A DNA stretch of 64,000 nucleotides from Chiloscyllium plagiosum (lineage: Eukaryota): contig NC_057758.1 of NCBI RefSeq assembly GCF_004010195.1, positions 6,757,981 through 6,821,980 of the forward strand. Reading direction: 5' to 3'. Below are positions 1 to 12,194 of the stretch, piece by piece. The position numbers and the translations under genes were made by a program. Numbering within the stretch: the first letter of the stretch is position 1; each line of letters begins with the position of its first letter. The notes beneath the pieces are model-generated. The model was not told the origin of the DNA. It worked only from the letters and a program-made list of their open reading frames with translations, and did not search any database.

Positions 1-929
1 AGAAACGGTGCAGTCGACGTTTATCAGATGTTGAAAAACTCCACGGAGAACGTCTGGCTGCTTCTTCAACCAATGCCTGCTGACGGAATACGAACACTAT
101 TTCAGTGTGTTCTGCCCCTCAATGGTTCATTCACCTCCTGATGCAAGTCAACCCTGCTGTTAAGTTTCCTCCCTGTTTGCACAATGTGGATAGAATTGAC
201 ACAAGCTTTGTTTCTTTTTTGTGTTCGGCCAGCTTGCAGGATAAATTTTGCCTCCTGATACTCCCAATTTCCATTCCTGTTTTCGAGCTCAGAACGCGAA
301 AAACGGTGATTCTCAGTGTAGTGCAACAGGGTGATGCCTAATTCCCCTCTGCGCGAAACATCACGTCTCCTAATCCTTCTCCAAAGAAAGGGTGCAGAAT
401 GATTGAGCGACTATACCTGCAGGCTGTGGTTTGTGGGTGATCGACCATAGAGTCAAAGAATGTAGGCGAGGCACTTCAGCCTAATTGAGTCGGCATCATG
501 GCATGCAAAACAAAAGCTACACTTGTCACACATTCCAAAACTTAGCGCTTAGCGTTCAATGCTCGGACACTTCATGTGGATGATGCAAGAGCTTTTCAAA
601 GATTGCGAGGTTTCACAGCTGAGCTACACGCCCCAGCTAAATAATTCTAGATCCCACAACACTCCCGTTGAAGAATTTTCCCCTCAACGTCCTTCCAAAA
701 CTTTTGCCTTTCAATTTCAAATTGTGTCACCTGGTTATTGACCTTCTACCTGAGGGGAACTGCTTATTACTGCTCACTCTGTCCGTGGCCGTCAGAATCT
801 TGCTCACCTCAAACAGTTCTCCCCGCTCCCTTCTCTGCTTCAAAGCAAACAACCTGAGCAAATCTTGCTTCCCCTTTTCGCGAAACTGTTCCATAGAATA
901 TAAAACCGCACTGAACAGGGAATGCTCCT

Positions 930-1430
930 TCTGCCCATCATACAACAATTTCAACTAATTCTATCTGCCTGCACGAAGTTTGTATCCCTCTATACTCTGT
1001 CCGTTCATGTGTCAATCTAAAAGCATTTTAAGCTCTGCTATGGTATCCACTTCTGTCACCTCCCCTGGCAGTATGGTCCAATGACCTAGAGCCCTCAGTT
1101 CAAAGAAAACAACTTTCCTCACATATTTCCATAAATTGTTTTCCCGTCACCTTAAATCTATTTACACCAGTATTTCACATATCCGCCCTTGTGGAAAAAA
1201 TCTCCACCTGGAAAACTATCTTCACATCACTTTTTATTTGCATCTGACACCTCGCCCCTCCTCCTCCCATACTCTCACGGAAACGACCTACATTTTTGCA
1301 GTCACTCCTTGCAGCTAAAGCTCTCCTATCCTGCCAGACCTCTTTTGTAGCCTGCCCAAAATATCCATATAATTCCTACGCTGTGGTCAACGTGACTGAA
1401 CATAATCTTCCGATGGCTGTGTAACCAAAG
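930..1430 (-). mobile_element. Old CR1 LINE 3' fragment (a second decayed copy lies at ~500-870)
   Basis: Reverse complement resembles the RT C-terminus and 3' end of the CR1 at 4000-4460; heavily mutated, boundaries approximate. Confidence 0.55.
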
Positions 1431-1757
1431 GCCTGCACAGCAGCAAAGCTACGACAGTGACAATGCCATCGCGCTGTCGTGCCTTTTTTTGTGAACGCTG
1501 CACACCTCACTGTCTCTATGTTAAATGAATGACCTGAATGGGAAACGAGCCTTGGAAATTCATTTTTCCTGCAGTCATTCAGTTTAATTCACGTGTCTGA
1601 GAAAGCAGTTTGCCAGGGCTCATTGGATTCACACCATGAAATGAAGCCTGAATTGAAAAGATAACGGATCTCTCCAATCGGAAACTCAAATATTTTCCAG
1701 CATTGTTATTTTGTATCTTCTTTATCGCTGTCAAGAAAGGCATGCAGCAGACTTGCA

Positions 1758-2257
1758 NNNNNNNNNNNNNNNNNNNNNNNNNNNNNNNNNNNNNNNNNNN
1801 NNNNNNNNNNNNNNNNNNNNNNNNNNNNNNNNNNNNNNNNNNNNNNNNNNNNNNNNNNNNNNNNNNNNNNNNNNNNNNNNNNNNNNNNNNNNNNNNNNNN
1901 NNNNNNNNNNNNNNNNNNNNNNNNNNNNNNNNNNNNNNNNNNNNNNNNNNNNNNNNNNNNNNNNNNNNNNNNNNNNNNNNNNNNNNNNNNNNNNNNNNNN
2001 NNNNNNNNNNNNNNNNNNNNNNNNNNNNNNNNNNNNNNNNNNNNNNNNNNNNNNNNNNNNNNNNNNNNNNNNNNNNNNNNNNNNNNNNNNNNNNNNNNNN
2101 NNNNNNNNNNNNNNNNNNNNNNNNNNNNNNNNNNNNNNNNNNNNNNNNNNNNNNNNNNNNNNNNNNNNNNNNNNNNNNNNNNNNNNNNNNNNNNNNNNNN
2201 NNNNNNNNNNNNNNNNNNNNNNNNNNNNNNNNNNNNNNNNNNNNNNNNNNNNNNNNN
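1758..2257. other. Assembly gap (500 N)
   Basis: Run of N. Confidence 1.
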
Positions 2258-2599
2258 GCCATGATTACAATGAAGACCATGGGAATCAGGACAAGGATTC
2301 TCTACTGGTTGGTGTCTTAATTCTCTCAAACGGAGATGGTATTTGCTGATAGAGCCTGCTCATGTCAGCCCTGGGATACTTCTGCAGGACCTGCACAGAA
2401 TCCAGTCACATTAATATTTTCCGCAATGAGCATTGCAAACACAAGATGTGTGTAAATGTGATATTATGGTTTAAGAAAAGGGTACACCATTCAACTTCAG
2501 AGCTGTCAGCTTGGGATTGTTGGGAAAATAGAATGTGACCTAATTTGGATAACATAAATATTCACTAAGAGCAAAAAAAATAGTCAATACTAGACAATG

Positions 2600-4700
2600 A
2601 ACAATGATTTGCGACGGTCCAGTCATATCTGACAAAGCTGATTGACCACTTTGACGAATGAAACAGACAACAAGATGAGGGAATGCTGTAAAAGTTGCAT
2701 GTTAGGGTTTTTAGAAATTACTTGACACGGTGCCAGGTGGTAGTTTGCGTAGCATGTCAGGAATATTTGAGATGGATGGATCCTTACCATCATGGATTAG
2801 CAGTTGGTTAAATGCTAAGAAATTCAGTAATTACGAATGAGAGGAACCGTATTGTTGAAGAGGAGAGTGTGAAACGGACTGGTAAGCTAGAGGAGATACA
2901 TGTTAGGAAGGAAGATGTGTTGGACATTTTGAACAACTTGAGGATAGACAAGTCCCCCGGACCTGATGGGATATATCCTAGGATTATGTGGGAAGCAAGA
3001 GAGGAAATTGCAGTACTGTTGGCAATGATCTTTTCGTCTTCACTGTCAACGGGGGTGGTACGAGGGGACTGGAGAGTGGCGAATGTTGTGGCCTTGTTCA
3101 AAAAAGGGAATAGGGATAACCCCGGGAATTACAGGCCAGTTCGTCTGACTTCGGTGGTAGGCAAAGTAATGGAAAGGGTACTGAGGGATAGGATTTATGA
3201 GTATCTAGAAAGGCACTGCTTGATTAGGGACAGCCAGCACGGATTTATGAAAGGTAGGTCTTGCCTTACAAGTCTGATTGAATTCTTTGAGGAGGTAACC
3301 AAGCATGTGGATGAGGCTAGAGCAGTGGATGTAGTATACATGGATTTTAGTCAGGCATTTGATAAGGTTCCCCATGGTCGGCTTATGCGGAAAGTCAGGA
3401 GGCATGGGATAGAGGGAAATTTGGCCAATTGGATAGAAAACTGGCTAACCGGTCGAAGTCAGAGAGTGGTGGTAGATGGTAAATATTAAGCCTGGAGCCC
3501 AGTTACAAGTGGAGTTCCGCAGGGATCAGTTCTGGGTCCTCTGCTGTTTGTAATTTTTATTAATGACTTAGATGAGGGAGTCGAAGGGTGGGTCAGTAAA
3601 TTTGCAGATGATACGAAGATAGGTGGAGTTGTGGACAGTGAGGAGGGCTGTTGTTGGCTGCAGAGGGACTTAGATATGATGCAGAGCTGGGCTGAGGAGT
3701 GGCAGATGGAGTTCAACCCTGCCACGTGTGAGGTTGTCCATTTTGGAAGAACAAATAAGAATGCGGAATTCAGGGTTAATGGTAGGGTTCTTAGTCAGGT
3801 GGAGGAACAGAGGGATCTTGGGGTCTATGTACATAGATCTTTGAAGGTTGCCACTCAGGTGGATAGAGTTTGTAAGAAGGTCTATGGAGTATTATCGTTC
3901 ATTAGCAGAGGGATTGAAGTGATGTTGCAACTGTACAGGACTTTGGTTAGGCCGCATTTGGAGTACTGTGTGCAGTTCTGGTCGCCTCACTTTAGGAAAG
4001 ATGTGGAAGCTTTGGAGGGGGTGCAGAGAAGATTTACCAGGATGTTGCCTGGAATGGAGAGGAAGTCGTACGAGGCTAGGTTGAGAGTTCTCGGCCTTTT
4101 CTCGTTGGAACGGCGAAGGATGAGGGGTGACTTGATCGAGGTTTATAAGATGATCAGAGGAATAGATAGAGTAGACAGTCAGAAACTTTTTCCCGGCTTA
4201 CAACAGAGTGTTACAAGGGGACATAAATTTAAGGTGAAGGGTGGAAGGTATAGGGGAGATGTCAGGGGTGGGTTCTTTACCCAGAGAGTGGTGGGGGCAT
4301 GGAATGCGCTGCCTGCGGGAGTGATAGAGTCAGAATCTTTGGTGACCTTTAAGCAGCAATTGGATAGGTACATGGATGGGTGCTTAAGCTAGGACAAATG
4401 TTCGGCACAACATCGTGGGCCGAAGGGCCTGTTCTGTGCTGTATTGTTCTATGTTCTATATTCTATAAACAGAGATTATGCTTTGATGCGCGTTTGCCCG
4501 ATTGGAGGCAATCTGAAGGGGTGCCCCAGAGATTGGATTTGGGGCCCTCGTTTTTTTGGTTAAGATAAACGATTTAGAGACAGGTGTTGACGGAAAGCTC
4601 TCTACCTTTGTTGCTGATGTTAGTTAGGGAGAATGGTGAATTGTGACGATGCTGCTGTGCAATTTCAGAGGGTAATTAATAGTTAATAAAACTCGCCGGA
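2600..4700 (+). mobile_element. Old CR1 RT fragment split by a younger CR1
   Basis: Left flank reads ...WISSWLNAK; the right flank resumes KQRLCFD...GVPQRLDLGP at 4467, i.e. contiguous decayed RT motifs. Confidence 0.7.
2823..4466 (+). mobile_element. Young 5'-truncated CR1/HER1 LINE, ORF2 reverse transcriptase
   Basis: KSPGPDGI, NYRPV, QHGF, DFSQAFDKVPH, GVPQGSVLGP, KFADDTK, RRRMRGDLIEVYK; ORFs 2812-3489 and 3631-4392 are one frame broken by a single TAA at 3487; (TTCTATG)n-like tail. Confidence 0.95.
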
Positions 4701-5359
4701 AGCTTGTGAACACTTTGTAAGCAGTATCATTCAGCTCACCAACAGTCACTTCAACATCGCCAAGTTGGATGAAATGCTTATAAAGCGTTGGTAAGCATTC
4801 AATTAAGATAATATGCGTTGTTATAAATGGTTTCCAGAATTTAACTATCTCAATGTCCCTCGGAGGAATCAGCTGAAGATGTTGGGTGCACCGATCTTGA
4901 TGTTTGGTTTTGCTGTGGCTCTCCATGGCGGGGGTGGGGGTGGGGTTGGGGCGGGAGTAGCAGGTTGTAAGTGAGGCCATCAGTCGCCAATCTTATGATC
5001 CATTTTGTAGATACGGGAAGAAGTGATATACTCACACACACCAGAACTGCTGTTCATCTGGATCAGAGATCACCCCAACTTAAATCCAGTTACTTATCTT
5101 GCTTCTTCAAGAGCTCTGCTGTTTATGGGTCAAAATCAATTTGGGACTTTTATCAAACTGGATAGAGTTCTCACTTTTGTACTTGGGTGAGAGCCCCTAG
5201 GAGTTGATGGCATCTTAACCGTTCTACACACTTCCAAATTGTTGCTGCTAATGACCTTCCTGGTGTCAGTGTTCATTGATTAGTCCACGCCTGAAGGATA
5301 GAGTACGGTCGCTGCCTCCAACTTCCCTGTTCAGAACGCAATGCCTCCACCTCCTCTCT

Positions 5360-5840
5360 TTGGACAAAACCTCAAACAAGTGCACTGTTCTTCCCTTTGT
5401 ATGCACTGCTCAGACCGTGCTGGGAGCGCCGTCCTCAGTTGCTGCCTCTATCAACTCTGCGAGATAACACTGAGAGCAAAGTGCACAGCAGCTACCACAT
5501 TTTCCACTGTTCCGACCACACCAACAGTATAGTGCACAGTCTCTGCCTTCACCTATACTGTTTGGACGACACGAGGAGCACAGTGTATTTGCGCTGCCGT
5601 CACCACACCTCACAGACCACACAGGGAGTAGAGTGTAGAGTTCCAGCCGACACCTCCCCTAACAGACCTTGCTGGGAGCACAATGCACAGACCCTGCCTT
5701 ATCCTCGATTAACAGACTACGCTGGGAGAAGAAATGGCCAGTTTCTGTCCATTCTTCCCGATTCTGACTGCACATAGCAGAGTCCCTCGTGCCTGCCTCC
5801 AACTCGCCAAACGGACCACATTAGGAGCAAAGTTCTCATT
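5360..5840. repeat. Degenerate ~50-bp tandem array (~9-10 units)
   Basis: Recurring GACnnCnCTGGGAGCAnAGTGCACAG...CTGCC at ~50-bp spacing. Confidence 0.65.
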
Positions 5841-5864
5841 TACTATCTATTTTTAACCCAATTC

Positions 5865-6310
5865 AGAGAGTCGTGGAGTAACACGACATGCAAACAGATC
5901 CTTCAGACCAAACTGGCCATGGTGGCCACTCATTTCGTCTGAATGGTCCATATAACCCAAAACCATTCCAATCTATGTGCCGATCCAAATGTTTATTTTG
6001 TTAAATACTGTATCTGCCTCAACCTTTTCTCTGGCAGCCCATTCGACGCACGCACTGTTTTCTGGGTGAAGAATTTGCCCCTCAGGACCTTTTTAAATCT
6101 TTCCGCCTTCACCTTAAAACCTATGTTACGATTCACTGAGAATACAATTCATTCTATCGGTGCTGCTCATGATTTTATACGCCTCAATTAGATTGCTAGT
6201 CATTTTCCTCCATTCCGCGGAGTGCCATCCTATCCTGGCCAACCACCCCCGATAACTCAGGCCCACTGGTATTGGAAATATACCCGTAAATCTTCTTTGC
6301 ACTCTTCCCA
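5865..6310 (-). mobile_element. Old CR1 3' fragment
   Basis: Minus-strand LGRVQRRFTGIFP...NLIEAYKIM in ORF 6126-6398. Confidence 0.75.
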
Positions 6311-6932
6311 GCTGCACCACCTCCAGCTTCAGCACCAGCTTGGGCTCCAGCTGCAGCAAAGGCACGAGCTCAATGAACCTGTTCGAGCACAGGTTCAAGG
6401 ATTAAATCTCGCTGCAGCTCCTGCACCACTTCAGTAACAGCTCTTGCTCCAACACCAGAGCCTGCTCTAGCCCCAGCTCCAGCACCAATTGCAGCAATTG
6501 TACGAGCTTAAGTTCCAGCTGCAGACACAACCTCGTCTCCTTTTCCAGTACCAGCTCTAGCTCCAGCTGCAGAGTCGGCTGCAGCACTATCACCAGCTCC
6601 AGCACCACATCAGCAAAAGGTCCTGCTCTAGCACCAGCTCAAGTTCCAGCTCCAGCTCCAGCTCAAGATTGAGTTTCCGCTCCAGCTCCAGCTCTGTAAA
6701 AAAGTTCCCCTCATGTTCCAGAGCCGGCACCATCACATGTAGCAGCTCCAGAACTTGCGACAGCACTAGATCTAGCTCCATCATCAGCATCACATCCAGT
6801 ACCAGATCCAAGTCCAGATTCAGGTCCAGCTACAGCTCCTGCACCAGCTTCAGCTCCAGCAACAGCACCAACTCCATCGCCAGCACCAGCAAAAGATCCT
6901 GCTCCAACTCCAGCTCCAGCTCCAGCTCCAGG
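6311..6932. repeat. Degenerate (CCAGCT/CCAGCA)n hexamer repeat
   Basis: 6-bp periodicity; produces spurious Ser-, LE- and GA-rich ORFs. Confidence 0.9.
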
Positions 6933-6983
6933 TAGTGCCTGATGTTCCCAGGTTTCAGACCAATTACATTGCATTTCTGACCC

Positions 6984-7193
6984 GCGGACAGCTGAAACTG
7001 ACAACCGGAAGCGGCAGGGACAGGCCACTATAAATGCCGGAGGACACACCACAGAAGCGCTTCACAAGAGGCTCCCAAGCACTGAGGATGTCACCTAGAT
7101 AGGGTACGAAACGTTTGCAACAAAAATTTCCAGCTCGGCGAACAGAACCACAGCAACGAGCACCCGAGCTACAAATCTTCTCACAAACTTTGA
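6984..7193 (+). mobile_element. Penelope-like pseudo-LTR fragment (family B) with hammerhead motif
   Basis: Near-identical to 21195-21363, which follows GIY-YIG C-terminal coding sequence; contains CTGAGGA...GAAACGTT. Confidence 0.8.
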
Positions 7194-7199
7194 ATACCA

Positions 7200-7910
7200 G
7201 ATAAATGTCTTCTGAACCATCCCTAACTTAATAATATCCTTTCTAAAACAAGAATATTCTTTGCCTGACCTCTGGGTATCTCGGTTCCTGGCATTTTCCT
7301 ACTCTGCAGACGTCTGTTTAGCTGTGGATAGACACACCCTATCAGTTGTTCAAAATTACGACTAAATAATACCAACATTAGCCCTCCCCAGTTCAACAAA
7401 CGCAACTTTTGAAAGTTGTGTAACTATTTTAAAGCGAAGAGAATTATGATCACCGAAGCCAAAATGCTCACCCACGGACACATCAACCACTTGCCATGTT
7501 TTATTTCTGAAGAGAATATCGAATTCTGCCACTTCTGAAATAGGGCTACCGTTTCTGATTTATTTTTTTCCTCAACACTCTTAACGAATATCTATTTTTC
7601 CAATCACTTAACACTGTGGAAGAATACTCTATGAATGGAAATTTTAAACTCTGTGATCTCTCGACATGTTTGTTTCTATATTCCCATTGACATTTGAATT
7701 TGTGTGGCCTACATTACAATACCATAAATGGGATCACCCCCTTCTTATTTCTGAGTTCTACCCTTACAGCTCACTGGACAATCCGTCACGAATATAAATT
7801 CCAAGTACTACAGTAATGTTGTCGCTCATCAGAAATGCTAGCATTCCCTTCTTGCATCACCTTTTCGTGGTTCCTTTATTATCTACTCCCTAGTACATTT
7901 AGCTGAACAT
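7200..7910 (-). mobile_element. Very old CR1 endonuclease-region fragment
   Basis: Decayed minus-strand EN-like sequence resembling 35000-35700. Confidence 0.45.
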
Positions 7911-7977
7911 TGAGACATAGACAAACTATAACCTTACACCTTCAATGCATTTTCGGAGCTGACACGACACCTATTAT

Positions 7978-8296
7978 TGAAGTTTCCTTGAGAATTAAAC
8001 TTTAACAAAAAGTTCTGGGGTTTACAAATGAAAAAAACTGAAACCAACATGTTCTTTGTAAAAGATGAAAGGCTTAACAAACAATTCGGGTCTTTTTCAA
8101 TATATCATCTCGACTGTAACACACTGTAAACGCTTGGAAAAATTCTGTGTCTTACAATCTTATAGTCTACATAAACTTGATGAAGGAGCAGCCCTCCGAA
8201 AGCTAACGCTTCCAATAAACCTTTTGAACTATAATCTGGTGTTGTGCAATTTTTAACTTTGTCTACCCAATATAACACCGGCACCTCCAAATCATG
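7978..8296 (+). mobile_element. PLE-type pseudo-LTR (family C) with decayed hammerhead motif
   Basis: TTGATGAAGGAGCAGCCCTCCGAAAGCTA followed by AATAAACC...CTATAATCTGGTGTTGTG, matching the minus-strand copy at 28310-28397. Confidence 0.65.
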
Positions 8297-9165
8297 ACAA
8301 CAAATAGGGAATGCGTAGGCAGGAAGGCATTGGGTGATGACCAGCTGGAATAGTTGTCAAGCAGATAAGAGTCTCGTTTGGCCATTCCTGTCGCAAATGG
8401 TTCGACAGTTTCGCATGTTGGGATGCAGAGTGGCCTCTAAAGTGAAAGCAACAATTGTGGCCAAATCAGTGCTACAGCAATTGACATTGTTGAACTGCAG
8501 CAAGTGTATAATTGCAGGTGAGTGATAACGATTGTGCACTTTCTATGGCCGCAAGCGACAGTCCCGTTTTATGAGAGGCCTCCCATGTTTCCAAAGGTAA
8601 GGATATTTCTGAACAGATGCAGGATATTCTGAAACGAGAGTTTGAGCAACATGGTCCGTATTAGTATGACTGAAAGGGCGATCAGGTCAAGTAAATGCAA
8701 TTTGGTGAGTTTGTTCGAAATTATAAAGTGTAACCTCTCAGGCTGCAGTTTCGGGATGACTCCCATTACAAGGTGCATATGAAACATGAAAAGGACTATG
8801 ATACGTTTGCAAACATGGCTAAAGAATTTGTGTTGGAGGGACGGCTTCAGATAATTGAATATTTGGATCAATTCAAGGACGTATGGGGTGTATACATGTA
8901 GGGCAAATTGCCCATACTGAAGGCCATGATTACCTTTCAGGATGGTTTGCTAGCACCAGTCTGGAGAGTTTAAACTAGTGAAGCATGGGTGTGTGAAATG
9001 TAATCGTTCCGCGTGTGAATTGATTGAGGAGCATTTCAATATTAAATCAGTTTAATCCAATTGGAGGTATTGGCATGGCAAGCTTAATGAACCCTCCAGC
9101 ATTTGCATCGAAAGTTGATTTATTTTAATGCAAGGGGTATCAAAGGCAAGTCAGATGATATTAGA

Positions 9166-9388
9166 GGAGAAAGTGAGGGCTGCAGATGCTGGAGATCAGA
9201 GCTGAAAATGTATTTCTGGAAAAGCGCAGCAGGTCAGGCAGCAACCAAGGAACAGGAGAATCGTCGTTTCGGGCATAAGCCCTTCTTCAGGAATGACTGA
9301 AGAAGGGCTTTTGCCCGAAACGTCGATTCTCCTGTTCCTTGGATGCTGCCTTACCTGCTGCGCTTTTCCAGCAACACATTTTCAGCTC
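9166..9388 (-). mobile_element. Fold-back PLE-derived insertion (family A), two inverted HHR-bearing arms
   Basis: 92-bp inverted arms 9199-9290 / 9297-9388, 33-nt unpaired tail 9166-9198, TSD GATGATATTAGA at 9154-9165 and 9390-9401. Confidence 0.85.
9297..9328 (+). ncRNA. Minimal type I hammerhead ribozyme motif
   Basis: CTGAAGA-A-GGGC-TTTT-GCCC-GAAAC-GTC: perfect core and stem II; the 5' strand of stem I is cut by the inversion junction. Confidence 0.7.
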
Positions 9389-11146
9389 CGATGATATTAG
9401 AGCCAAGATCAGTGCATATGAATACATGGGGTTACCAATTATATGAACTTAGTTGAGAGAAGGGCAGGACTTGCAGGTCGACCTTCCAGGATGTAAATGT
9501 TTTAGGCGAAACACGATAGCTTGGAAAAGGGGCGGGGAAGTGAATGTCATAGCTGTACGTAGACAGGATATCTTGGAAGGTTCGTTTATAGAGGCAATAT
9601 ACTTCCGAATAGCCAGCAGAAGATACAGGAACAGATATGAATGCTGAACGTGGAAAGAAAGAAAAACAGCAATGTTGTTCCAGTGTGCGATCTTAACTTC
9701 ACTATAAAAACTGGAAATCGCTCAGAACAGGAGGCTGAGATGAGGTATCATTTCGTAGGTACATCTCGGAGGAATTATTGAAATAGAATTTCCTTAGTTG
9801 AGGGTCCAACAATGGAAAGGATCTTATAAGACGTTGTATTGTAAAATAATGCTTACCAGGAAATCAAAATTTCATCGATGATAAAGATTGTGAACAGTGA
9901 CCCAAACTATGAAAGATGCAAGACTGTAGCAAATACGGATGAGATTTGTCAGGGGGTGATTATGGGAAATTAGGAAAAGATTAAATTCAACAGTACTAGA
10001 CAGAAACTGAAAAAAATGCATTGAAAACGTGTGTATGAGAGAAAATGCACAAATGAAATGTGGGCGTTTTTGTATTTAAAGGCAAATAGATCAACGTTCA
10101 GGCTCAGCATAAGAATGAAAGACAAGGATGTCAAAATTCTAGACCTTATCCTATGGACCAGGACAGACCCCCTACAAAATATTTCAAGAATCTCCCGTAT
10201 ACTCTAACTACAATTTCAGTTCGCATCCCTCTGCAGAATTAGTTTAAAATCACGCGAAAAGTACTACCAAATCCCACCACTCTGCGAGGATTTTGTCACC
10301 CAACTGGTTCAGGTAAAGACTGTTCTGTTTGTAGAGGCCTCACCTACCTCAGATAAAGACACAATTAGCCGGGAACCCAAGATAACCAAACCCCGCCCCC
10401 ATCTACTATTCTGTAGAGAAGTTTTCAACTCCTCTCTCTCCCTCTTCTTTGCCTAGCTAATATGCGGCACGGGCAACAAACGAGAAATACCAACTCTCTT
10501 TTTTCCATTCTAAGCTGCCGCTCTCGCTACCTTAATTTCTGCCTTAAATCCCCATCTCACTTCCTACCTATGTCATTGGTGCCTATGTGGGCGACTTGGA
10601 GCTACTTCCCTCCCAATCAACGATTATGAAAGCACAATCAAAGACAACACGAACCCTGGTATTTGGGAGGCAACACACCAATAATGAGTCAGTCTCGTTT
10701 CCACAGAGCCTCCTTTCTATTCACCTACCTATGGAGTCTCCAAGCAACCACCCAAATGTAAAGTCTAACTGACACAGCAGTCCCGTGTCGGCTCCTGCTC
10801 AGTCAGCGCTCCGCCTATACACGAGATAATCTTTTTTATATTATAAAATTAATTTCTCGCTCGCCCTCTGGTCCTCGCTGTCACTCCTCCAAATCTTATT
10901 GCCGCCTAAAAAAATGAAGAACTCTGATCTCCACTGTTAAGTTTTTGTATATTTTAAATTGTTCTTCCCGTTGGGCCTCTGGTCATTGCGTGTTGCTCCA
11001 CCCAAAATGCTGCCGACAAAATGAAGAGGATTTGAGATTCCTGAGTATTACTGTTTTTGAAGAATAGCGTTGGCTATTTTCCATTCTTCTGGGACATCGC
11101 CTGTGGTTAAACAAAGTACAAAAATCTCCGTCAATATCTCATTCGT

Positions 11147-11467
11147 GGGCGGCACGGTGGCACAGTGGCACTGCTGCCTCACAGTGCCTGAGACCCGGGT
11201 TCAATTCCCGCCTCAGGCGACTGACTGTGTGGAGTTTGCACATTCTCCCCGTGTCTGCGTGGGTTTCCTCCGGAACTCCGGTTTCCTCCCACAATCCAAA
11301 AATGTGCAGGTTAGGTGAATTGGCCATGCTAAACTTTCCGTAGTGTTAGGTGAAGAGGTAAATGTAGGGGTGTGGGTGGGTTGAGCTTCGGCAGGTCGGT
11401 GTGGACTTGTTGGGCCGAATGGCCTGTTTCCACACTGTAAGTAATCTAATCTAATCTAATCTAATCT
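11147..11467 (+). mobile_element. HE1-type SINE
   Basis: tRNA-like head (GGTGGCACAGTGG, GGTTCAATTCC), GTGTGGAGTTTGCACATTCTCCCC body, CR1-like GGGCCGAA.GGCCTG 3' end, (TAATC)n tail. Confidence 0.92.
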
Positions 11468-11587
11468 CAGTAATGTTCTCCCTTATCTCCCTCAGATTCG
11501 GGCTTAGATGCCATTAGGCCTTAAAGTTTTTCAAGGCACTCAAACGACTCCTTTGCTAATGTCGACATGCGCAAGAATAGCAACATT

Positions 11588-11890
11588 GGAAGTATGTTTG
11601 CTCGCTGAGCTGGAAGGTGCGTTTTCAGATGTTCCATCACCATACTAGGTAACAGGTTCAATGAACCTCTGAATGAAGCACTGATGGTGTGGCCTGCTTT
11701 CTATTTATATGTTTAAGTTTCCTTGGGCTGGTAATGCCATTTCTTGTCGTGACCTCATTTCCTACGATGATGTAATTTTCTGATCCTTTCCATAGGGGGT
11801 GGAAAATGGGATCCATGTCAATGTGTTTGATGATAGAATTCCGATTGGAACGCCATGCTTTAGGAATTTTCGTGCCATTCAGCCATTCCT
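11588..11890 (-). mobile_element. Inverted PLE 3' end / pseudo-LTR (family D)
   Basis: Reverse complement matches 12820-12930 plus 13255-13390 (e.g. CCAGCTCAGCGAGCAAAC). Confidence 0.75.
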
Positions 11891-11894
11891 TTAT

Positions 11895-12192
11895 GGGCGG
11901 CACGGTGGGTCAGTGGTTAGCACTGCTGCCTCACATCATCAGGGTCCCAGCCTCGGGCGACTATCTGTTGGAGTTTGCATACTCTCCCCGTGTCTGCGTG
12001 GGTTTCCTCCGGATTCTCCCGTTTATTCCCTCATGCCAAAGATGTGCATGTCAATTGAATTGGCCATGTGAAATTGCCTATAGTGTTAGCTACATTAGTC
12101 AGAGGGAAATGGGTCTGGGTGGGTTACTCTTCGGAGAGTCTGTGTGGACTTTTTGGGCCGAAGGGCCTGTTTCCACACTGTAGATAATCTAA
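11895..12192 (+). mobile_element. HE1-type SINE (older)
   Basis: Same head, body and tail as 11147-11467, more diverged. Confidence 0.88.
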
Positions 12193-12194
12193 GC

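Larger units (their letters stand above)
8340..10140 (+). mobile_element. Very old CR1 (ORF1 end and endonuclease region), interrupted by the fold-back element
   Basis: LIYFNARGIKGKSDDIR (EN N-terminus, broken at 9165) and PGCKCFRRN...KRGGEV EN-like motifs. Confidence 0.6.

Noticed and set aside
1..350. Possible exon (minus-strand ITVFRVLSSKTGMEIGSIRRQ, vaguely scramblase-like)
   Set aside because: Short, interrupted by stops, no diagnostic motif or splice support
1579..2349. Long ORFs here and at 18918-19699 and 53162-53948
   Set aside because: Artefacts of N-runs translated as X
5360..5840. CRISPR-like array (also considered for 40473-41080)
   Set aside because: Repeats are degenerate along their whole length, the spacers are related to each other, there are no cas genes and the context is eukaryotic
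6402..7052. Silk-, mucin- or leucine-zipper-like ORFs
   Set aside because: All frames are translations of one hexamer repeat
11147..11225. tRNA genes at SINE heads
   Set aside because: A/B boxes run directly into the HE1 body and tail; these are SINEs
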